A stretch of 57,276 nt of DNA, counting the filler, from Trichosphaerium sp. ATCC 40318 (taxonomy: Eukaryota; Protista; Tubulinea), in the NCBI GenBank assembly GCA_038496445.1. It is 3 parts of 3 records of this genome, joined end to end, with 100 filler letters (N's around TTAATTAATTAA, not from the genome) between each part and the next. Parts side by side here need not be neighbours in the genome. Positions count along the whole stretch, not along the records: positions 19,945 to 38,391 come from JALMLS010000089.1; positions 38,492 to 57,276 come from JALMLS010000051.1; 1 more part is not named here. One strand, 5' to 3'. Positions 23,937-41,705 of the stretch are shown here, piece after piece. The notes below the pieces were generated by a model, which worked only from the letters and a program-made list of their open reading frames with translations, did not search any database and was not told the origin of the DNA. A program made the translations under genes and the position numbers. The stretch's first letter is position 1, and every line of letters starts with the position of its first letter.

Positions 23937-26008
23937 CGTGTCACGTAACCTGTTTTTGTTGACTTGAAATCCCTTGAAAACACTTGTCGTGAAATATTGC
24001 ACAAAACCAACATATCTTCATTATTTAGCATGCTGACGATCAAAAGGGTAGTACCAACGCGTGTCGAGTGAATCACAGCTTTAAAATCTCATGTGAGCTG
24101 AAGCGTGCTTCCCACCCACAAAAGTTATCCCGATATTTACGGCCAGACATAAAAAGTTGTTCGTCACCATACCTGAGTTTCAGACTTGGCTTCATACGTG
24201 CAATACAAAGTATGTAGGTAGTACAGAACCCATGGCATCACCTAGACCAAAAAAGTGATTTCTGAGTACAGTCCAATGGTAGAAACAGAACGATGAGGAG
24301 TTTGTTTGGCACAACATTAATCCATGGCAAACACTTGGCAAATAAGAACAGAATACGCTACGTTTTGCACCGCAAACACCTGTACTTTATTAATCAACGA
24401 TGTTCCTGCAGCGAAGCCTAGCTTACAGCTATGCCAAATAATTGACAAAGCCTTCTGTACCAACGCGTTTCAACAGCTTGTCACAATGGCAATATTTGTC
24501 ATCGTCTGTCTTATATAAAAAGAGAATTGCTGGCAGGCTTGTGGAGTTATCTGCTCATTCTTAATGCTGCGATTTTGCTGATGAGAAGAAATGTGCATAT
24601 AACTGTCTGCGTTGATGACTTTGGTTCAAAGTAATAATCTCTTTGAACTAAGAAAATTGTGAGAATTGGTTTTGTTTACTTACGAGATGCAATCAAGTTA
24701 CAGTAAAGTTCAGGCTTTGGCTTAAGGAAAGCTGCGAGTAATGGTAAGAGTGTCACACATTGTAACTTTGACAAAAAGATATGGCTACCAGGTTACGGTC
24801 TTAGTCAGTTATTTCAGGGGTCATTATAGCTTTGGCGCATCCAAGACAGATTTTGGGTATTGAGATCAATTCAGAATTTTTACATGATAAGTGCTCATGG
24901 TACTTTTTTACAAATACGATAACACGATAAATCCGTTTTCTTTTGTACACCTAAAACTCAAATAAAAATAAATTGTGGGATAGAACGTACCTGTAGCCCT
25001 GTCCATGGTGATTCAGATAGTTGTGACTTTGGTTCGAATTTGTTTACATTGAGCTGAGTAATGCAGTTTACACTAAAACCTATGACAGCATAACCATGCC
25101 AACGGTAATAACTGTTGTGCAACTGTTTTTCAAATTGGTTCACGTTGAACTGAGTACTCTCTTGAACACCCTTTAAAGTCACCAAAACGCTTGAATGTCA
25201 ACGCTAGATACTTTGTTGCGCTTAAATACACTCAAAAATAGATACAAAAGGCTTTAGAACGGTGCAACAACCGAATTCCATTTGTGTCCACCGTTAAAAT
25301 TTTTACTGCCTTGAATACATTGTACGTGGTACGTACAAGCTACAAGGCGTATTTCTGCAAGTATAACATCAGTTCTTCAATGGTGGATATCCACAAAAAT
25401 CGATCACACAACCCAAAGATTGTATCGGTCTAACAAGACGGATTATCGTTTATTAGAGTAGTATATTCTTTACCGTGTCTGTTAACACACAGTGACAGCA
25501 AAATAACCAGTTGTACTTGAAAAGGAACCTTACCTTAAATACAAAACAACTAAAATTACTGTTCAACTTTATGTAAGTACACTATTACAACATACATAAA
25601 CTACTACCTTATATACAAGTTTACGTGTAATCTTAAAATTATATCATCACCTGCATGATCCAGACTCACGGATATATAGCCATAAATAAGAGCTTTTTCC
25701 AGTTTGTACATTAACAGTTTGAGGAAGTGGTACAACTGAATTCCCAGAGGATGTTTGCTGCCAACGTTTTTCAGAAAATGCTAATATCTTTGATTGAGAG
25801 CCCTAATTTGTAAAGCAACTGTAGATCGAGTTCTATCTTTCCATGTATTGCCTTGCCACACTTCTCATTGTAGATTACGCAGTCAGTTTATCCGGTTTAG
25901 CTATTTAACAAAAAAGAGCTAAAACTGTCGACTTAAATAAGCTAATGATAGGATTTACGTTGACTGTTTACCACTGTCTCAAGCGATACTTGAGTACTAC
26001 CACTAATC

Positions 26009-27554
26009 ATGAATTTTGGTGCCGTATCACTAGATAACGCTTTCGAACACTATCGCAAACACCACGGAGAAGCGTTTAGTAGAATTATGGCAAAACAAGA
26101 TAAAACGTTCATAAAACAAGTTGTAAGTATTGTTAATGCCATAAACACGAGCTTTGTAAAGCAACTCGATGAAATACTGTTAAAACAACCGGATTTGATT
26201 GTTAATACAACAAACAAGCGCTTGTCAGAATCAAACGATTATGAGAGGTATGTTCAACAATACACCAACTTTTCCAAACTTTACTTCCACGAACTTTTGA
26301 CTTTTAGAATCATGATTGCAGCTATACATTCATTGTCTTATGTCAAAGTACTTTTAATAGGTCTTGTATTTCACATTATTATTAACGTTTAAAAGGACAC
26401 TGATGGCACTACAAAAAGAAGAAGAAGAGAAGAAGAATATCATTTATTACCCTCCTGAAATCATTTCAAACATTCTTGATCACGTGGAGGCCAAAGATTT
26501 ATTTCCTGTTGCTCAATCATGTCGCCACATGGCCAATATTATTCATGATATTGTTGGATACAAATATGTTTATATCAAACGATACACCGATATTCTAAAG
26601 ATACAACAGTACAAGGGTATCATGAACAATAGTATAGTTCAACTAGACCACATGAGGGATACTACACTATTTTCATTACTTGCTGGATGTCGTAAACTCA
26701 AAAGATCGCCAAAGAATAAGCTTGTGAATGATGGTGATCTGAAAGCAATAGCAAATGTTAGACAGCCTACCTTTATTGATCTTAGTGAATGCAACAATGT
26801 GACAGATGAAGGTATTAGAGCACTTAAAGGCGCTCGTACTGTCAACCTGTATGGCTGCAATGAGGTGACAGATAAAGGCATAAAAGCGCTTTCTGGAGTA
26901 CATGAAATTGACCTTTCCGGATGTCATAAAGTGACAGATGAAGGCATTAAAGGACTTGCTGGAGTACATACTATTAATTTAAGAGGATGTTATAAGGTCA
27001 CAGATGAAGGTATAAAAGCGCTTGCTGGAGTACATGAAATTGACCTTTCCGGATGTCATAAAGTGACAGATGAAGGTGTTAGAGCACTTGCTGGAGTTCA
27101 TACTATATACATTAGAAATTCGCCTAATATTACAGATGAAGGCGTCAAATCATTGGCTGGCGTTTATACCATAATGTTGAATGGTTGCACATCAATAACA
27201 GACGCTGGTATAAAAGCATTAGCAGGAGTACACAATATTTTTTTGTTTGGCATACCTGCAGTTACAGATGAAAGTATTAAAGCACTTGCTGGAGTTCATA
27301 CAGTTGCCCTTGATGGCTTTGAAAGGATTACAGATGAAGGTTTTAAAGCGCTTAAAGGAGTACATACAATTAGCATTCGACAAACTAATATCACTGATGA
27401 AGGCATTAAAGCGCTTGCTGGAGCTCATACTGTCAATCTCAGCCAATGCAATGTGTCAGAGAAAGGTATTAAAGCACTTGCAGGGGTACATGAAATTAAC
27501 CTTACCGACTTCCATATTACCCAGGCAGGATTTAAAGCGCTCATCTCATCATAG
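26009..27554 (+). CDS. F-box/leucine-rich-repeat protein with 22-aa LRRs
   Basis: F-box YPPEIISNILDHVEAKDLFPVAQSCRHM; ~12 repeats like GVHEIDLSGCHKVTDEGIKALA; probably two short 5' introns. Confidence 0.88.
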
Positions 27555-28307
27555 GCTGTAAGACTTGATATTGTCTGGCTTGGGTTGGTACAAAAGCTCC
27601 AGAATGGAACAATAGTACTACCTACGCATACTGGATATTGCACTACCAATCTGGCTCTTCTGAAAAATAGAAGTGCACAGAAACCATAAAGTACCACTTT
27701 CCTGTCATATCATCAACAAGGTGAACTGTCATACTCAGCACGGCATTAATAAAAATATAAGCAAGTCATTTAGACCACAGGTAGATGACATTCCCCTTGC
27801 TTCTCAGATTATTACCGGCAGTATGAGGTTCTTGGTACAGCTCTAACCACCACAACACTGATCGTTGTATGCATTGGAGCACTTTAGGATGGCAAAAAAA
27901 AAAATGGTAAACGGAATACACCAGCCAATAACTCTTATTCTGTAAAATACAATGAAAGCTTAACGCTACAACAAACCAGAAAACGAATATCTAGTACGTG
28001 ACATTCTATTTAGTACAAATTTAGGCTTGCATTGTACGTACTTACTATAAAAGGGAAAATCTAGTCTTTTGTATTTATTGATTCTCTAGCGATGAAGCGA
28101 CAGGTTTTACTGGTATCATTATTCGATGCTACGCTAAGCGCATGCGGTTAAAGAGTAAAAAGCTTCTTGGACTTGTTACAATAGAAGTAAACAAGAAACT
28201 CTTATTAGAACTGACATTTCAAACCGCAAGAACTTTGAACGGCTTGGTACAGATCATGGTATCCTGTTTTGCAAAACACATGCGATTTGGCTGGTTCGGT
28301 GGAGTTT

Positions 28308-29577
28308 GGAGATGTACAGAATGAAATGAATTGATTCCGAAAAAACACGAAACGTTCCGAAAAAAACACGAAATATTCCGAAACATTCCGTGTTTTTACC
28401 ATCTCCAAACCATATCTCATATAGTTGAAGCAAGGTCTTTTAGTAGGTAGTTTCCAAGAGCATTGCAGTGCAGTTTGTAACAAAAAAAGTGAAGTTGATA
28501 ACAGCTTTTTGCAATCGCGATAATTTAGGCAGTACTGCGACTATTTTGCGAAGTTGTCTAAAGAACAAGAAATGTCATTGAGATAGTAAAATCGCTGGTA
28601 CTCCTGATAGGTTTTGTGGAGAAGTTTTTTTCACTTAACGTTGTACACGCGACTTTCGTAGTTTCTGTGTGTTGGAAGTGCTCCTTGCTTGTGCTACAGC
28701 AACTCAAGATGGTTTTTGTGCACAACAATCACTTTGGAAGTGATACGAAACTGATATGAAAGCGCTTTATTTTCACTTCCAAATCGCTTCATAACGCCTT
28801 GGTAGAAACGCCTTAGAATCACTTGGAAAGCGGTTTGAAAGTGATTTGAAAGTGATTCCAAAGCGATTTCTACATGAGTTTTTTATCTCTTGATGCTGTA
28901 GGTGCACCTTTTGCAATTTTGTTATTTCGCAAGTGCACCTCAGATGTATTACAACCAATACTGATGCTTTGAGGAAAAAAGCGCTTAGAAATCGCTTTGG
29001 AATCACTTTCAAATTGTCACAATAATACACTTGTACTTAGATTAAAAAAGCAGACTTAACTTAAAACTCGTACCTCGCACCTTCTTGTCGTGACACAAAT
29101 CACTTTCAAACCGCTTTCCAAGTGATTCTAGAGCGTTTCTACCAAGGCGTTATGAAGCGAAAAGAAAGCGCTTTCAAATCACTTTTGAATCACTTTGAAA
29201 GTGCTCGTTATGCACGGAAAACCATCTTGATTTGCTGTAGCACAAGCAAGGAGCACTTCCAACACTCAGAAACTACGAAAGTCGTGTATACAACGCTAAA
29301 TGAAAGAAAGTCAAATCACCGTATCAGTAACCACTGATTGTACTATGTCTCAGTGACACTTCTCATTCTTTCTATGTCACTTTTTGGAACAAGAACAGCT
29401 GCTCACTACAATGCTCTTGGAACCAACCGAAAGTTCTTGCTTCAACTGTGTTAATATGTGGTTGTCCAGGGCAATCTACTTACCAGTAAAAACACGGAAT
29501 GTTTCGGAATATTTCGTGTTTTTTTCGGAACGTTTCGTGTTTTTTCGGAATCAATTCATTTCATTCTGTACATCTCC
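28308..29577. mobile_element. Non-autonomous foldback/MITE-like DNA transposon (1270 bp)
   Basis: ~90-bp near-perfect TIRs (GGAGATGTACAGAATGAAATGAATTG...), imperfect inverted arms for ~500 bp, internal short repeats, TTT on both flanks (possible TSD), no transposase. Confidence 0.85.
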
Positions 29578-29747
29578 TTTATCATTAATGAGGTTTCCGT
29601 TTCGGCTCAATAAACGCAACGTCGCTGGTAACACAGTGTATCCCTGTGCTTGTAGGCACCAACGCGTTATCAGTTAATAGTAAAGAGTGATAGTTAAGTA
29701 CAGTGCTTAATTACACAATAACATCTGTACATAACGCAGCATACATA

Positions 29748-36811
<7,064 letters not shown>

Positions 36812-36960
36812 CCTAGAAGTTAACATTTGAATAAACACGATGCGATAACAATTTTCTATTAATTCAATATCTACAACTTTTAATTTACAAGGGCGAGAGG
36901 CAGTGGAATTCCACGTCGTTAATTTTACATTCAATCAGCAGATCAATTCTTATTGTCCAT

Positions 36961-38379
36961 TTACCAGTCTGGCTGCAATGACTCTTCCTCAAACGAAGTG
37001 AATCCCTCAGTAGTTTCCGCAAATTCGTATGGATCTTGGGGAGAGATGCAGCACCCACATATACCGCACTTCTGGCAAACGGCTCTGTATTTGGTTCTCA
37101 GTTCATGGCTAGTTCCATAAACTATTGCGTTTACAAATCCAAGCAATGGCGCAGAGAGACTGTGCAGTATGAATAAGGCGAAAACGTCCTATGTACTATG
37201 AATTCCTTTTACAACATGACACGTAGCAATTACGCTTCACGTGATGAAAGCAAAGACGTACTCCCTTGTGCACGAACGAATGATAGACTCTATTGATGGT
37301 TGGAAAGATCCAGATGAGAACAAACACAAGTGGGTACAGCCACAAGCGCCTGACAAGCCAATTGACTTGTTGCTTTCTTCTGTCACCGGCCTCGTAGTTA
37401 GCTTGCTGATAAGAAAGCAGTGTTAGTAACAAAAAAGTGACGTTATCAATGTTACCTTTGCTGTTCTCAAAATTGTACGTAAAATCGCAACGTACATCAC
37501 TATAAGTAGTACAATGCACAAATACAATGGCGCATAAAAAACAACGAGACGCCATATAAATCCTGCCTCATGCACATCATTGCTATTGTATACGCTAATC
37601 CAGCACCTATGTAGCCTAACTTAGCAACCTGTCTAGCTTTTCAAGCCACTACTACCATACCAGTAATTACGATCCCCTTTCTTTCCATATGCCTGTGTAC
37701 TCATAGGTAATACTGCAAGTGCTATCGCTCTTTAGGAATTCTTATAAAAACAGTTTACGTACTGACTGACATGGTCCACACGAATATATGATACCTGCAA
37801 ACATATGTAGCACAACAAAAAAGACTGGAAAAAACCCGAAAGTACCATTTCTCAAGATGCCGTAAGTGAGTAACGTGCATTACAACAACAAGGAATAAGT
37901 TGAAAGCAATGACAATAGTCCACAAGCAAACGGCTAAATCAAATATGGCCATCACAATTCCTTGCGTGTAACAAAGACCTACACAATTTTTTTTTTGAGA
38001 AAACAGAACACGTGCGTTACACAAGCCGAAGAACTTGACGTAGTTTTAACACTTTACAAAACGCACCGCTTTCGTCATTAGATTTCAGGTCTTTGTTTGG
38101 GCCAACTCAGAATAAAAGCAATAGCGAAAAAAAAATCAGACACCGTCAGAAAGAATACCAATCTGCTTGAAAGGTGCTTCAGCATCCAAAATAAAGCATA
38201 CTAAGCGTGTCAGGGTTTTTTCACGTTTTAAACGAAAAACAAGCTAACACTTACCTGCAAATTATAAATAATGATCCCAGTAGCGACATACAAGCTGTCG
38301 TAACTATAACAATAACTAAAATGTCTTGCTCTTGCCTGGTAGTATTTGATACGTGGTTCAGTGTTATTCGCACTACCAT
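36961..38379 (-). CDS. 7TM GPCR, cAMP-receptor-like (CAR/Crl/Git3 group)
   Basis: SLLGSLFII, LCYTQG...LAVCLWTIVIAFNL, CWIS, RLWLYPLVFVLIWIFPTINR, LGFVNAIVYG. Confidence 0.88.
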
Positions 38380-38391
38380 TGAAAAAGGGCG

Positions 38392-38491
38392 NNNNNNNNN
38401 NNNNNNNNNNNNNNNNNNNNNNNNNNNNNNNNNNNTTAATTAATTAANNNNNNNNNNNNNNNNNNNNNNNNNNNNNNNNNNNNNNNNNNNN
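38392..38491. other. Artificial scaffold gap (N44-TTAATTAATTAA-N44)
   Basis: Same 100-bp spacer as 19845-19944. Confidence 0.98.
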
Positions 38492-39190
38492 AAAGCACCG
38501 GCAGAAAAGTGCATGTATGAATTTGATGAACAAGACTTAGACCTGAAAATGGACACCCAAGCCCCATATGCCACTGCAACTTTTATTTGTTCAAAAACAC
38601 AAAAAATTATTGTTCAAGGCCATGCTGATGCTGCTATCAGCAAAGCCTATAACTGTCTTAGCAAAGAAAAAGCTTCTAGAAATCATGGTATGGGGTATTT
38701 GGCATCAAACTTAACCAAGATAGATCATTTAGTCAGTGATGAATCCAGTGGAGCTGCTAAGTCAATATGTGATATTATTAAAGCTATTCCTAGACATGGC
38801 GGCTTACAACATCATTACGACGTTTGGCATAAACAACGAAAGGTAGTTAAAAAATTCAAAGCTTTAGGGATCAACGCTGGACAGCACGTGGAAATTATGT
38901 GTACCCAGAACTGCAAAAAATGTGCCAATACCTTTTTTCAAAAAACATTGGGACTTTACATGTGCCAACAGGCTTTCGTCTAGTGAATATACCTTTCAAT
39001 GTCAACAGGCTCTCTATTTTTAGAGCGCAGTGTTGATGCAGGGTTTGAAGGCAACTGTAGTTTCTCTTATGAAGGCCTTGGATTGTTTTTCACTTGAAAC
39101 AGCCCTCGATGAAAAGCACTATTTGTTGGGTTACGAACTGCAAATTGTGAAAGCTTTCATGCCGTGGCAAACATGTAGTCCAAAAGGAAG
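38492..39190 (+). mobile_element. Decayed Mutator-like (MULE) DDE transposase fragment
   Basis: HLVSDE...HHYDVWH and downstream RTANCESFHAVANM*SKR match MULE second-Asp, (C/D)xxH and catalytic-Glu motifs; in-frame stop at 39176 and a broken frame. Confidence 0.65.
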
Positions 39191-39626
39191 GATCAGGCGT
39201 TAAAGCCTTCTTCAGAACCCCAATAAACTAAGCACAATTGCATTGACTACCTACCACGATGAACAGACACAAAGTCATATTCAAACGATTTGTTCGAATT
39301 CCTTGTATCGACCTCCAAACGCATAGGAATGTGTTTTGTACACTTGCAGACTATTTGATCATTTTTGAGAATGTAGCAAACCCAATAAAGGCTCAATTTT
39401 TTACCCTATTGGTGATGCTCCTGCTAAATTCCTTTGCTTAGCGATACTAATTAGCTCACAAATTCTCCCGCACATACGAACAAGGATTTGCTTCTCGAAT
39501 TTTTGCAACAGTATCGCAACGTTTAAGTTGTAATGAAATGCAAACTTTTTTATTTTTTTTTCAGTTTTTGTTTTCTTTTTTGTTTTGGTGACAAATTAAT
39601 ACAGCGTTGCTTATAGCCTTAATTAA

Positions 39627-41032
39627 CTATGCTTTTAACTGAACAAGAAGTAGTTTACGAATAGCATGAGTAACAACGTTATTGTACGTCTTGATAGTAG
39701 TACGACATTGCCTAAAAGAAAAGTTTAACAAAGTTGTAAAACGCTACAAAAAATTGAGGTCAAGCTCCTTTGTCTTCTTTGACTGAATTACGTACCTTGT
39801 TGTTGGATTAGTCTCTACTCTTACCATACAAACAACTTGTCCATTACCGCTGTAAAATGTTCCAGCACCAACAAAATTGTGCTTATTAGGATCAACATGA
39901 TTGAGAATACTAAAGCGAAGTCCAAACGTCATAACCTTAGCAATAGCCTCCAAACCGACTTCAGGTTTAGCATTAAAGTGATCAGTGGCTTCATTAGGGG
40001 CTCCTTTAATTTGACGCCACATATTCTAAAGCAAGATAAGCCTCAAACACGTGGAACTTTAGAAAAACAAAAAAAATCAAAAATCAAAGAAATCTACAAA
40101 TCAAAGTTCTTCTTTGCGAGACGTACAACAAATTGCGCTTGCGTCATGTTAATAAGAGGTTCGATGAATTTAACAGCGGTTACTGGTAGCTTTATCTTTA
40201 AATCACGACGATGACGACCGCCAACTAGAAAACTCAAATTCAGCATTGGGTGACTGCCAGTAAAAGGTGCATTGCATCTCAATAGTAGAAGTAATTGTGC
40301 CTAACATTATCAGTATAAAATTACATGTCATCACTCTGTCTGAATGAAGAAAAACAGCTCGAAACAAAACAGTTGTTTGTTTCTTTCAAACACAAACAGA
40401 AATTGTAGCGTACTTTGTCTCTTCCTTTAATTGCGCCAACAATATGGTTTGGGGCTTGTACAACGCAACTTGGAAAGGCCGGGAACATAGTGTTGACAGC
40501 TGTCAATGGTTCTTGCGTTATATTACACAATGTGAGTACCATACGTCCTATAATGAAGTTAGTTAGGTTAAACACGCGTTAAATAGAAAAAAAGTTCTGC
40601 TGTTGGTAAAAAAATTGCTGTAGCTAACCATACAATGAGCTATATAAAATTAAACAACGTGCAGATGGCGCAGTACGTTTAGTGTACAAAAATAGACAAA
40701 ATCCAAAATCGATGCGCAGAGAAGCTATATAACGCACCTGAGTTGCCAGAGTACTCGCTCTTTAGGCTGATGTGTAGAACATCGTCCTCGTACAAAACGC
40801 CCTCGTATAGAACGCACAACCGCTTGAATAGAAGCTCGTTATGGTCACCAATGTTGTTAACAACTGGTTTAGCTTTTTCAGCTTTAGGCACTACAAATGG
40901 ATCGATAGGTTTTGAGGCAGCGACTGGCGTTGGCATTATGAGTGGTTGAGCCACTGGTTGAGCTGCTGGAGCTGTAGTGGGAGATGGTGATGCCCCTGTG
41001 TCTAAAATGCCGAAAGGATCGTAGTTTGCCAT
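39627..41032 (-). CDS. Stand-alone alpha-adaptin appendage (AP-2 alpha ear) protein
   Basis: FKRLCVLYEGVLYEDDVLHISLKSEY, IKLPVTAVKFIEP, MWRQI, VDPNKHNFVGAG, VCMVRVETNP; only a ~60-aa Pro/Ala-rich N-terminus and no trunk. Confidence 0.85.
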
Positions 41033-41705
41033 TTGAAGCGTTCACTTATGGCTTGTTTGTAATCCAAAACGTTAATTTAATTGTATTGTATTTTTTTACT
41101 TTAGAACCTCTACGACTAGCGCTCCCAAGTCTTACAATGTCTGACAATGGTTAAACGCACGACCTCATATATGTAGTGCAAACGGTAGTGGCGTTACCCC
41201 TGTTAACTATCAAAAAAGAAAACAAACCCACATACAGTGGGGAGTTGTATCCAATGGCAGAGCAGCAGTATAAAGAATGTGGGCAGGTGCGTAACGCGTC
41301 CGTTACTTTGGTTCGGGACGAAAACAAAAATCAAAGCCCTTTTTGGCACGGAAACTATAACCTTGCTGAGTGTATCGCTTCTCTACGAGAAAGTAGCTTC
41401 TACTGTCTTTTACCAGCAATTACGCAATTGTTTTTTATTTTACAAATTCTTTACTGTTTCACTCCTACGACGGTTGCACGATAGCACTGCGAGCATAAAA
41501 ACAAAAGATTCTGCCAAGTTTTGTTCAAAAAGGTTACTTTTACTGATAGCTCATTACCTTTAGGGTGCTGATACCAGTGACGAAGCGCCAGAGTATACCA
41601 AGTACGTTATCTAAACCACTCATTTTGGCATTTGACGTAATTGCCACTTGTAGAATGCTCTTACGCACCGCCAAACCATCCAGTAATCCTCCACTAAAGT
41701 TTTCA

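Noticed and set aside
26639-27697. Antisense and alternate-frame ORFs over the LRR gene
   Set aside because: Shadows of a repetitive coding sequence.
28321-28400. Short tandem repeats resembling a CRISPR array or iterons
   Set aside because: No unique spacers, eukaryotic context, and they are mirrored at 29485-29560 as TIR sub-repeats.
28142-29677. ORFs sharing VKTRNVSEYFVFFSERFVFFRNQFISFCTSP
   Set aside because: Translations of the two TIRs, not a protein family.
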